Under the pieces are notes generated by a model, which made no database searches, was not told the DNA's origin, and saw only the letters and a list, made by a program, of their open reading frames with translations. Both the position numbers and the translations under genes were made by a program. Positions 1-8,350 of a stretch of 24,000 nucleotides of DNA are shown here, in pieces. Numbering within the stretch: the stretch's first letter is position 1; every line of letters starts with the position of its first letter. The stretch lies in NCBI RefSeq assembly GCF_030464345.1, contig NZ_VCYH01000012.1, positions 30,094 through 54,093 of the forward strand. Direction: 5' to 3'. Source of the DNA: Methanoculleus frigidifontis (GTDB lineage Archaea > Halobacteriota > Methanomicrobia > Methanomicrobiales > Methanoculleaceae).

Positions 1-210
1 ATACAACGTCTGGATGAGGTTGATGAGCATCTTCTTGCCGGTGAACTCGTGGACGTAGATGAGAAACCCGAGCGGGATGGCGATCGCGGTCGCAATGATC
101 GTCGCCGAGAGTGAGATGATGAGACTGCGTGCGGCTATCTCCATCACGGCCGGATCGAGGGTGACGATCAGCTCGACGGCCTGGAAGAATGCCTCGATGA
201 TCTCGTTCAT
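1..210 (-). CDS. tupB: ABC transporter permease, N-terminal 70 codons (TupB-like), truncated by the left window edge
   Basis: Hand translation of the minus strand from ATG (complement of 208-210) gives MNEIIEAFFQAVELIVTLDPAVMEIAARSLIISLSATIIATAIAIPLGFLIYVHEFTGKKMLINLIQTLY, open to position 1. It has a hydrophobic TM segment and lies 64 nt downstream of tupA on the same strand. It is absent from the ORF track because it is truncated. Confidence 0.7.
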   Translation of the reverse strand, partial: MNEIIEAFFQAVELIVTLDPAVMEIAARSLIISLSATIIATAIAIPLGFLIYVHEFTGKKMLINLIQTLY

Positions 211-242
211 GGGTGTCCTGCACTACTGCGTTTGGCCTGCGA

Positions 243-262
243 TCGAAAAAAAGGGGAGGGTT
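243..262 (-). terminator. oligo-T tract (T7 on the mRNA strand) between tupA stop and tupB start; possible partial intra-operon terminator
   Basis: The plus strand reads gatcgaaaaaaaggggaggg (A-run 246-252), so the mRNA sense is ccctcccctttttttcgatc, starting about 12 nt after the tupA stop. Archaeal termination uses oligo-T tracts. Confidence 0.35.
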
Positions 263-274
263 TCACGTCTCTGA

Positions 275-1231
275 TCAGGCGAGCGGGGTTGCGCACTCGC
301 CTGCCGGGACACCGATCGTCTCTGCCTTGCCGGACGCGCAGAAGAAGAGCGGCTGGCCGTACTCCGCGACGCCGAAGACCTCGATCTGCTGCTGGACGTC
401 ATCGGAGACCATGTAGTTGATCCAGTCCTGTGCGATGCTGGTGTTGACACCCGCGTGCATTGCCGGGTTGATCTCCATCACGCTGTAGACGTTGAGGAGG
501 ATCGCTCCCGAGTCGACGAGCGCCACGAGGTCGAGGTCGCCCTTATACGCGAGGAACGTGCCGATGTCGGAGAGGGTGTAGGCCTGCTTCTCGTTCGTCA
601 TCACCAGGGTGTCTCCCATGCCCTTGCCTGCCTCGATGTACCAGGCGCCGGAGTTCTGGATGTCTTCGGTGTAGTTGTACCCGGCGGACTTCCAGATCGC
701 CTTCTCCTTGGAGTGGGTTCCGGAGTTGTCGCCGCGGGAGATGAAGGCCACGCCGTCGGTGCCGTTCGTGCCGAGCGCGTAGATCGTCTGGAACGCCTCT
801 TCGGGCTGCATGCCCGCAATACCGGCCGGGTCGGACTCGGGGCCGACGATCACGAAGTAGTTGTAGGCGATGACCCGGCGGTTCAGGCCGTAGCCGTCGG
901 CGAGGAAGACGTCTTCACGGGCGCGGTCGTGTACCATCAGGATATCGACGTCGCCACGCTGGCCGTACTCGATTGCTTTGCCGGTTCCGGCGGATACGAT
1001 CTGCACGACGGCGTTGTGCTCCTTCTCGAATCCCGGGACGAGGGAGTCGAGCAGCCCGGTGTCGTAGAGGCTGGTCGTGGTCGCGATGCGAAGTGTCTGC
1101 GGGGGTTCGGCTGTCGTCGTCCCCGTCTGCGTACATCCGCAGACGAGGAGTGCTGCAACCAGGACCGCCGCAACAAGGAATGTGCTACGCTTATCCATGA
1201 CAGGAGGGTTTGTGCGGCCGTAAATAGACAT
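275..1231 (-). CDS. tupA: tungstate ABC transporter substrate-binding protein (TupA family), secreted or lipid-anchored
   Basis: 318-aa ORF. N-terminal hydrophobic signal ends in LLVCGC. It carries the TupA hallmark RIATTTSLYDTGLL (TTTS motif) and SRGDNSGTHSKE. The alternative start ATG at 1198 (MDKRSTFLV...) is equally possible. Confidence 0.85.
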   Translation of the reverse strand: MSIYGRTNPPVMDKRSTFLVAAVLVAALLVCGCTQTGTTTAEPPQTLRIATTTSLYDTGLLDSLVPGFEKEHNAVVQIVSAGTGKAIEYGQRGDVDILMVHDRAREDVFLADGYGLNRRVIAYNYFVIVGPESDPAGIAGMQPEEAFQTIYALGTNGTDGVAFISRGDNSGTHSKEKAIWKSAGYNYTEDIQNSGAWYIEAGKGMGDTLVMTNEKQAYTLSDIGTFLAYKGDLDLVALVDSGAILLNVYSVMEINPAMHAGVNTSIAQDWINYMVSDDVQQQIEVFGVAEYGQPLFFCASGKAETIGVPAGECATPLA

Positions 1232-1256
1232 TTCGAAACTTGTTGAAGTAAGCTAC

Positions 1257-1276
1257 ATCAATATACTCCTATTGAT
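1257..1276. promoter_or_regulatory. perfect inverted repeat ATCAATA-N6-TATTGAT in the divergent tupA/nitroreductase promoter region
   Basis: Read directly: ATCAATA (1257-1263), tactcc, TATTGAT (1270-1276). It overlaps the only A/T-rich TATA-like element about 26-34 nt upstream of the tupA ATG at 1231. Confidence 0.45.
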
Positions 1277-1368
1277 TTGCCGGAAAAGTAAGGTATATGT
1301 AGCCGCACGTGTCCGCGTTCCCATTCGACGGTATCTTTTTACGCCCCGGCGTCCAGCACCGGTGCGAG

Positions 1369-2388
1369 ATGACAGACCCGCACCGTGATGTCTGGAACCT
1401 GCACGAGAGCGACTACCCGCGGTCGGGAAGCGTGGACGAACAACTCCGGTTTCTCCTCGGCTACGCAATCCTGGCGCCGTCGAGCCACAACAGCCAGCCG
1501 TGGAGGTTTCGCATCGAAGGTGGAGCCGTCCTGCTCTTCGCCGACCCGGGCCGTGCCCTCCCGGTCGTCGACCCGGCGGGCAGGGAGCTCGTCATCAGCT
1601 GCGGTGCGGCGCTCGAGCATCTCCTGATCGCGCTCTGGCACTTCGGGCACGCAGGCAGGCTCGCCGTCTTCCCGGAGCCGGCAAGCCCGGTGCTGCTCGC
1701 CCACGTCGAGCCCGGGGAGCCTGCAGACGCCCCGGAGAGCGTCCACCGGTGCTTTGCCGCCATCACCCGGCGGCGGACAAACCGGAGGGCGTACCGGGAC
1801 GAACCCCTCCCTGCCGACGTTCTCGACGAGATCACGACTGCCACTGCCGGCGTCCGGCTCCACGTCGCGGCCGACGACGTCGAACAGGGAGGAATCGCCG
1901 GGCTGGTCGCGGAAGCAGACCGGATCCAGCAGGCGGACGCTGCCTACCGGCGGGAGCTCGCGTCGTGGATGCGGTCGAACGCGAACCCGGGAAGTGACGG
2001 CATCCCCGGCTACGCCCTCGGGATGGGGACGGCAGCGTCGCTCGTCGGTCCGCTGCTCGTCAGTCTGGTCGATATGGGCGACCGGCAGGCCGCCGGGGAT
2101 GCGGAGACGACGTTTCGTGCCCCGGCCCTCGTGCTGCTCGAGACCGCGGCGGACGACCCGGTTGCCTGGCTCTCTGCCGGCCGGGCGCTCGCCCGTCTCC
2201 TGCTCCTCGCCCGGAGCCGCGGCGTCTGGGCGTCCTACCTGAACCCGGCGGTGGAAGTGCCCGAGATCCGGGAGCGGCTCCGGCAGGTCGCCGGCGTCTC
2301 CGGGCATCCGCAGGTGCTGATCCGGCTCGGCTACGCGGAGGACGTCCCCCCGACTCCGCGGCGGACGGTCGATGAGGTTCTCGAGTGA
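1369..2388 (+). CDS. nitroreductase-family FMN oxidoreductase (Acg-like, double nitroreductase fold)
   Basis: The ORF carries the nitroreductase signature APSSHNSQPWRF and is about 340 aa long. The track start at 1309 is a GTG only about 12 nt from the TATA-like aaggtatatg (1290-1298). ATG 1369 (MTDPHRDVWNL) fits promoter spacing better. Confidence 0.8.
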   Translation: MTDPHRDVWNLHESDYPRSGSVDEQLRFLLGYAILAPSSHNSQPWRFRIEGGAVLLFADPGRALPVVDPAGRELVISCGAALEHLLIALWHFGHAGRLAVFPEPASPVLLAHVEPGEPADAPESVHRCFAAITRRRTNRRAYRDEPLPADVLDEITTATAGVRLHVAADDVEQGGIAGLVAEADRIQQADAAYRRELASWMRSNANPGSDGIPGYALGMGTAASLVGPLLVSLVDMGDRQAAGDAETTFRAPALVLLETAADDPVAWLSAGRALARLLLLARSRGVWASYLNPAVEVPEIRERLRQVAGVSGHPQVLIRLGYAEDVPPTPRRTVDEVLE

Positions 2389-2457
2389 GAGAACACTTGT
2401 CAGGTTCGGCGGTTTCATGCCGGTGGGCGTACAACCTCTCCCACCAGGCAGTATACC

Positions 2458-2634
2458 ATGAAGACGTTCACCGTAGACCTGACAGGAGATATTGAGGTCG
2501 AGACCGACCAGCAGTGCGATGCAGAGGTTCTTGCCGACCGCATTCTCGATGAGATCAGAGCGATCTTCGCCGGCCACGGCGCCGTCAAGGAGAGTTCGAT
2601 CGCCGTCGCAGCGATCCGGGAAAAGCCGGAGTAG
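2458..2634 (+). CDS. small acidic hypothetical protein, 58 aa (below the ORF-track size cut-off)
   Basis: Hand translation gives MKTFTVDLTGDIEVETDQQCDAEVLADRILDEIRAIFAGHGAVKESSIAVAAIREKPE, ending at TAG 2632-2634. 43 of 58 codons end in G/C, matching local coding bias. It fills an otherwise empty 337-nt gap. No strong SD or TATA was seen. Confidence 0.45.
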   Translation: MKTFTVDLTGDIEVETDQQCDAEVLADRILDEIRAIFAGHGAVKESSIAVAAIREKPE

Positions 2635-2725
2635 GATCCGGCCGCAACAGCGGGTTATCCTGATCCCGTTTCTACACGTTTTTCCCGCATTGCCGCCAAC
2701 GTTTTCTTTCGGAAGTGACTGAAGG

Positions 2726-3355
2726 ATGAAGATTACTGCAGTTGTGGGAAGCCCGCGGGGGATGCGGAGCAGGACGAGAAAACTTGCCGGCTTCGTGCTT
2801 GCCGGGGCCGAAGAAGCGGGAGGCATGGTCGATATTATCGACCTTGCAGACCTGCAGATCGTCCCCTGCACCGCCTGTGAGAGCTGCAGCCTGGACGGCA
2901 TGTGCGTCTTTGCCGACGACTTCTCCGCCGCGTACGACCGGATGCTGGACGCCGACGGGCTGGTGCTCGCATCGCCGGTCTACGTCGACAACATTAGCGG
3001 GCAGATGAAGGTCTTCATCGATCGGCTGGCGGACGCGATGCACTACCAGACCTTCGCCGGGAAGTACGGCTGTAGCGTCGCGACCACCCGGGTTTCTGGG
3101 GGCGACGCGGTTACGGGCTACCTGAACCACGTGCTCAATTATTTCGGGGTGACGGCAATAGAAGGGATGAGCGTCGCACTCGGTGACGATCCGGAGGCGC
3201 TCGACCGGGCGGAAGCGGCGGCACGCGACCTCGGGCGGCGGCTCGTCCGTGCCGTCAGGGAGCGGCCGCGGTACCCCGACCAGGAGGCCGGGATGGCGGA
3301 GAGGCGCGAGTGCTTCGCATCGATCGTGCGGGAGGGCTGGATCCGGGATGAGTGA
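2726..3355 (+). CDS. iron-sulfur flavoprotein (Isf-like, NADPH-dependent FMN reductase/flavodoxin fold)
   Basis: The N-terminus MKITAVVGSPR is typical of FMN reductases. It has the compact Cys motif CTACESCSLDGMC (C-x2-C-x2-C-x5-C) characteristic of methanogen Isf 4Fe-4S sites. GAAGG lies 3 nt upstream of the ATG. Confidence 0.8.
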   Translation: MKITAVVGSPRGMRSRTRKLAGFVLAGAEEAGGMVDIIDLADLQIVPCTACESCSLDGMCVFADDFSAAYDRMLDADGLVLASPVYVDNISGQMKVFIDRLADAMHYQTFAGKYGCSVATTRVSGGDAVTGYLNHVLNYFGVTAIEGMSVALGDDPEALDRAEAAARDLGRRLVRAVRERPRYPDQEAGMAERRECFASIVREGWIRDE

Positions 3356-3431
3356 GGGCGTGGATATCGATTTCACAACTATTAATACTTTTCAGATCTG
3401 AACAAAACTCTATTAGAGTTGTTTGCGCATT

Positions 3432-6400
3432 ATGACGAAAATTCTCCTCGTTGACGACGAACCCGCGCTTTTAGAGGTTGGAAAACTTTTCATCGAACGG
3501 AGCGGCGCTATCTCCGTCGACACCGCCCCGGGCGGAGCCGAGGCGCTGGAGAAACTCTCGTCATGCTGCTACGATTGCATCGTCTCCGACTACGACATGC
3601 CCGGTATGGACGGCATTGATCTCTTAAAAGCGGTTCGCAAGAGCGATCCGGGTATTCCGTTCATTATCTTCACCGGAAAGGGGCGGGAAGAGGTGGTGAT
3701 CGACGCCATCAACCACGGCGCCGATTTTTACCTCCAGAAGGGCGGCCACCCGAAGGCGCAGTTCGCCGAGCTTGTGCATAAAATCCGGCAGGGCGTCCGG
3801 CGCAGGATCACGGAGAAGCGGAATGCACATTTAAAGAGCGTGCTGCACGCGATACGGGACGTCCACCACCTGGTCGCCTCGGAGCGGGATGCAGCGTCTC
3901 TGATGCGCAAGGTTGCGGGGCTGCTTGTTGAGGCCCGCGGGTACAGGCACGTCTGGATCCTGCTCCTCGACGGCGAGGGGAGGGTGCAGACTGCCGTGGA
4001 AGCCGGGATCGGCGATACATTCAGGACGTTCGTCGCGATGCTCGACAGAGGCGAATTTCCTCCCTGTACCCGCGAAGCGATCGGCCGCAGGGGCGTCGTC
4101 ACGGTCACGAACCCTGCGGCCACCTGCCGGGACTGCCCGCTCGTGCATAGCCACCCTTCCATCAGCACCATGACGACGCCGATCGAGGGCGGCGGAAGGC
4201 TGCTCGGCATCTTCTCGGCGACCCTGCCGCGGGAGTTCGCGGCCGATGAGGAGGAACAAACCCTCTTCTGCGAACTCGGGGATGACCTCGGGTTTGCACT
4301 GCAGGCGAACGAGGCGGTTATCCGGCGGGAGCGTGCCGAAGCTGCACTGAAAGAGTCGGAAGCCCTCTACCGGGCAGTCTTCGAGACCACGGGCACCGCC
4401 ATGGCGATCTTGGAGGATGACCGGACGATCGCTTACGCCAACCGGGAGATGCTGCGCTTCACCGGCTACTCCCGCGAGGAGCTCGAGGGAAAAGTGGCGT
4501 GGACGTCCTTCATACCGGAGGACGACCTCGACCGGATGAAGGAGTATCACCGCCTCCGGCGGTGCATGCCCGGGGAGGCGCCGCAGGCGTACGAGTTCCT
4601 CTTTCTAAACCGGCAGGGGGAGCGGCGGCCGGGCTTCCTCATGGCGTCTATGATCCCGGGCACCGGGCGCAGCGTCGTCTCCGTGCTGGACATTACCGGG
4701 CTGAAAGAGGCAGAAACCGCACTGCACGAATCCGAGGAGAAGTTCCGGCTGCTCTCCGAGTCGTCGCTCGTCGGGATCTACGTGATCCGGGACGGTCGGT
4801 TCGTATACGTCAATCCTGCCATGAGCGCCATCTTCGGCTACTCTCAGGAGGAGGTTTTGGGGCTCTCCCCCTACGACCTCGTCCACCCCGACGACCGGGC
4901 GAGCGTCAGCGAGAATATCGCACGGCGGCTGGCCGGCGAGGCCGGCATGAAGTACGCGTTCCGGGGGATTACGAAAGCCGGTGAGGTGCGGTGGTTTGAG
5001 GTCTTCGGCAGCGTCACCGTCTACGACGGCCGGACTGCCGTCTTCGGGACGCTGATCGACGTCACTGCACACCGGGAGACGCGGCTTGCCCTCGAAGAGA
5101 GCGAGCGGAAGTACCGGTCGTTCGTCAACAATACCACCTCCGGTATCGTGGTCGCCCAGGACGGCAGGATCCGGTACGCGAATCCCGTGATAACAGACCA
5201 CCTGGGGCGGGAGCCGGACGGCTCCGATGCCCTGTCGTTCGACCGCTATCTCCACCCGGACGACCTGGAGCACGTCGCCGGGATGCACCGGCGGAGGCTG
5301 GCGGGCGAGGAGGTTCCGGAGAACTACGTGATCCGGGTGATCGACCGCGATGGCAACACCCGGATGATGGCCATGAACGTCTCGGTGATCGCCTGGGAGG
5401 GGCGCCCTGCGACGCTGAACTTCCTGACCGACGTCACCCGCGAGTTTGCGCTCCAGGAAGCGCAGCAGGAGGCCGAGGCAAACTACCGGACGCTCATGGA
5501 GAACGCCCCCGTCGGGATCGTCGTCCTCTACCGGGGAAGCGTCGTCTATGCCAACCGGAGCGTCCTCGCCCTTCTCGGTGCCGGGGTACCTGACGAGCTC
5601 GCCGCCCGCGGCCTCCTGGAATTCGTGCATCCCGCCCACCGGGAGGCTGCACGGGCTCTTTTTGCAGAGAATTACGCCGGGGAACGGCAGTCCGGATTTT
5701 CGCACGTGACGATGCTCGGCCTCGACGGGCGGGAGATCGAAGCCGATGTGGGCACGGTCCCGATAACCTACCGGGGAGATGCGGCGGTTTGCATCCTTAT
5801 CCGCGACGTGACTGAGCAGAAGCAGAACGAACGGAGCTACCGGGAGAGCAGGCAGCAGCTTGCCCTGGCTCTCGACAGCGCCAACATGGGTGTCTGGGCG
5901 GTCGACCTTGCCAGCGGCAGGCAGTCGATGAACGCCCGGGCTGCAGGCATCGCCGGCTATTCGCCGGGCGATTTTTCGGGAAGGGAGGAAGAGTGGCGCT
6001 CGCTCGTCCATCCGGACGATCTTGGCGGAGTTACGGAGGCGATCCAGAGCCACCTCGGCGGGGTCTCCCCCTTCTACGACGCCGAGTACCGGCTCCGCCA
6101 TAAGGACGGCAGATATGTCTGGATCCACAGTGCAGGACGCATCGCCAAGAGAGACCGTGACGGAACTCCCCTCCTCATCACCGGGGTGATGCACGACATC
6201 ACCGGGAAGAAGGAGGCGGCCGAGGCGCTGCACAGGAGCCGGGAAGACCTGCTGATCAAGACGACGGCGCTGGACGTCTCGGCGACCGCGGTCACGATGA
6301 TGGAGCCGGACGGCACGATCTTTTATGCCAACGACGCCTTTGCCCGGATGTGGGGCTATGCCGGCAGGGACGAGGTGATCGGCACCGCCTGTATCCTGCT

Positions 6401-7253
6401 CCGGCAGGCAGACCTGCGCTATCCGGAAGAGGTGCGGACGTTCTGGGAGACGGGATCGTTCGTCGGGGTGCTGGAGTTTGCGCGCAGCGACGCATCACCC
6501 GTCACCCTCCACGTCTCGGCGGCGGTCTTCAGGGATGAAGGGGGCGAACCGCTCAGTCTCATCGCCTCCATGATCGATATCAGCGAGCTCGAGACGTACC
6601 GGCGGAGCCTTGAGCGGACGAACGAGAAACTGAATATCCTCTCCGACATCACCCGGCACGACATCCTCAACCAGCTCGCGGCGATCCGGGGCTACCTCTC
6701 GTTCGTCCGCACCGACTACCCGGACGACCCTGCCGGATACGTCGCAAAGGTCGAGCGGGCTGCCGAGACGATCGAGCACCAGATCTCCTTCACCCGCGAC
6801 TACCAGCATATGGGTGTCGCCGCCCCGGAGTGGCAGCGGGTCGACCGCCTGGTCGAGGAGGCGCTGGCGGAGTTTGATTTCGGGCCTATCGAGGTTCTGG
6901 TTTCCACCGGGCCGCTCGAGGTCTATGCAGACCCGCTCTTGCGGAAAGTGATCGCCAATCTGCTCGACAACGCCCTCCGGCACGGCGGCGCTGTTACCCG
7001 GATCACGATCTCGTTCACCCGGGCGCACGACGGCGGAACCCTTCTCTTCGAGGACGACGGAGCAGGAATCCCCGACGCGATGAAAGAGCGGATCTTCCTG
7101 CGCGGGGTTGGCAGGAATACCGGGTACGGGCTGTTTCTCGTGCGGGAGATCCTGGAGATCACCGGCATCTCCATCAGGGAGACCGGAACAGAAGGCGCCG
7201 GGGCACGATTTGAGATAGCCGTTCCGGGCGCTGTCTGCCGGACGGCCCGGTGA
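3432..7253 (+). CDS. hybrid sensor: receiver (REC) + GAF + six PAS domains + histidine kinase (H-box/HATPase)
   Basis: REC motifs are LLVDDE, VSDYDMPGMDG and YLQKG. A GAF-like region contains CRDCP. There are six repeats of the PAS pattern, each ending in a DITxxK/E-type linker. The H-box is ITRHDILNQL, the N-box LLDNALRHG, G1 EDDGAGIP and G2 GYGLFLV. The track start 3423 is TTG; ATG 3432 (MTKILLVDDE) is preferred. Confidence 0.9.
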   Translation: MTKILLVDDEPALLEVGKLFIERSGAISVDTAPGGAEALEKLSSCCYDCIVSDYDMPGMDGIDLLKAVRKSDPGIPFIIFTGKGREEVVIDAINHGADFYLQKGGHPKAQFAELVHKIRQGVRRRITEKRNAHLKSVLHAIRDVHHLVASERDAASLMRKVAGLLVEARGYRHVWILLLDGEGRVQTAVEAGIGDTFRTFVAMLDRGEFPPCTREAIGRRGVVTVTNPAATCRDCPLVHSHPSISTMTTPIEGGGRLLGIFSATLPREFAADEEEQTLFCELGDDLGFALQANEAVIRRERAEAALKESEALYRAVFETTGTAMAILEDDRTIAYANREMLRFTGYSREELEGKVAWTSFIPEDDLDRMKEYHRLRRCMPGEAPQAYEFLFLNRQGERRPGFLMASMIPGTGRSVVSVLDITGLKEAETALHESEEKFRLLSESSLVGIYVIRDGRFVYVNPAMSAIFGYSQEEVLGLSPYDLVHPDDRASVSENIARRLAGEAGMKYAFRGITKAGEVRWFEVFGSVTVYDGRTAVFGTLIDVTAHRETRLALEESERKYRSFVNNTTSGIVVAQDGRIRYANPVITDHLGREPDGSDALSFDRYLHPDDLEHVAGMHRRRLAGEEVPENYVIRVIDRDGNTRMMAMNVSVIAWEGRPATLNFLTDVTREFALQEAQQEAEANYRTLMENAPVGIVVLYRGSVVYANRSVLALLGAGVPDELAARGLLEFVHPAHREAARALFAENYAGERQSGFSHVTMLGLDGREIEADVGTVPITYRGDAAVCILIRDVTEQKQNERSYRESRQQLALALDSANMGVWAVDLASGRQSMNARAAGIAGYSPGDFSGREEEWRSLVHPDDLGGVTEAIQSHLGGVSPFYDAEYRLRHKDGRYVWIHSAGRIAKRDRDGTPLLITGVMHDITGKKEAAEALHRSREDLLIKTTALDVSATAVTMMEPDGTIFYANDAFARMWGYAGRDEVIGTACILLRQADLRYPEEVRTFWETGSFVGVLEFARSDASPVTLHVSAAVFRDEGGEPLSLIASMIDISELETYRRSLERTNEKLNILSDITRHDILNQLAAIRGYLSFVRTDYPDDPAGYVAKVERAAETIEHQISFTRDYQHMGVAAPEWQRVDRLVEEALAEFDFGPIEVLVSTGPLEVYADPLLRKVIANLLDNALRHGGAVTRITISFTRAHDGGTLLFEDDGAGIPDAMKERIFLRGVGRNTGYGLFLVREILEITGISIRETGTEGAGARFEIAVPGAVCRTAR

Positions 7254-7296
7254 GGGGGCGCAGGATTTTCTCTCCGGGAGACCCACCTTTGGGTAC

Positions 7297-8199
7297 GTGA
7301 ACGGCACCCTCGATCCGGATCTGAACGGCCTTGAGAAGCGGCTCATCGCCGCCGTCAGGCGGGACGGCGCCACGCCCGAAGCGATCGCCCTCTTTCGGGA
7401 GTTGATTCTCATGCACTATCGAAAGTGGGGCCGCGACCTTCCCTGGCGGCGGACGGCCGACCCGTACCGGATCATCGTCGCGGAGATGATGCTCCAGCAG
7501 ACGCAGGTCGACCGGGTGGTCCCGAAGTACAACGCGTTCCTCGAGCGGTTCCCGGAAGCCGACGCCCTTGCCCTTTCGCCGCTGAAGAACGTCCTCGCGG
7601 CGTGGCAGGGGCTCGGCTACAACCGCCGGGCGATCGCACTGCAGAAGACGGCGCAGCGGATTGTGGACGACTTCGGCGGCACGGTTCCGGCGGATGTCGA
7701 TACTCTCACAACCTTCCCGGGGATCGGCCGGGCGACCGCCTCCGCCGTCTGCGCCTACGCCTTCGACATGCCGGTGGTCTACGTCGAGACAAACATCCGC
7801 CGGGTCTTCATCCACGTCTTCTTCCCCGGCCGCGAGGGCGTCCCCGATGCGGAGATCCTGCCGCTCGTCGAGCGGACGCTATATCAGGAGAGCCCGCGGG
7901 AGTGGTACAATGCGCTGATGGACTACGGATCCGTCCTCAAGCAGCGGACGGAAAACCCGAACCGGAGGAGCGCGGCCTATGCGGTGCAGAGTCGGTTTGC
8001 GGGGTCGGACCGGCAGATCCGGGGTGCTATTCTCCGCTCCCTCCTCGAGCAGGGCTCGCTCGACGCGGCGACGCTTGCGGCCTCTCTTGGGGAGGATGCC
8101 GATCGGGTGGCAAGGATCGTGGCGGCGCTCGAACGGGAAGGGTTCCTGGCCGTCCAGGAGGGCCGGATCGTTCCTGCCGGGGACGGGCCGTCGCGGTAG
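7297..8199 (+). CDS. HhH-GPD DNA glycosylase, MutY-like (A/G-specific adenine glycosylase family), no Fe-S cluster loop, winged-helix-like C-terminus
   Basis: It aligns by eye to the E. coli MutY core: YRKWGRDLPWR, AEMMLQQTQV, GLGYNRRA, FPGIGRATASAV and VETNIRRV. The whole protein has a single Cys. GTG start at 7297; the first ATG (7411) would remove the conserved N-terminal helix. Confidence 0.8.
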   Translation: MNGTLDPDLNGLEKRLIAAVRRDGATPEAIALFRELILMHYRKWGRDLPWRRTADPYRIIVAEMMLQQTQVDRVVPKYNAFLERFPEADALALSPLKNVLAAWQGLGYNRRAIALQKTAQRIVDDFGGTVPADVDTLTTFPGIGRATASAVCAYAFDMPVVYVETNIRRVFIHVFFPGREGVPDAEILPLVERTLYQESPREWYNALMDYGSVLKQRTENPNRRSAAYAVQSRFAGSDRQIRGAILRSLLEQGSLDAATLAASLGEDADRVARIVAALEREGFLAVQEGRIVPAGDGPSR

Positions 8200-8350
8200 C
8201 CCTGCGGTGACCTGTGTTTCCTTATTTACTGGGAAAATATATTTCTTTTCAAGAAAAAAATGTTTCAAGACCTCTCAAAAAAGAGAATGCTTTAAATAAT
8301 CCCTGGAAAAAATATCTCCCTGTTGTCTGCGTCGCACCGGGTGCGGCAGC

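Noticed and set aside
1339-2901. 520-aa minus-strand ORF
   Set aside because: It is antisense to the nitroreductase, the 58-aa ORF and the Isf start. It has Arg/Pro/Gly-rich low-complexity composition and no recognisable motif. Stop-free antisense frames like this are typical of high-GC coding DNA.
4605-6233. 542-aa minus-strand ORF (and other 60-240-aa ORFs inside 3423-7412)
   Set aside because: It lies entirely inside and antisense to, or out of frame with, the well-supported PAS-kinase gene, and its composition is Arg/Pro/Gly-biased.
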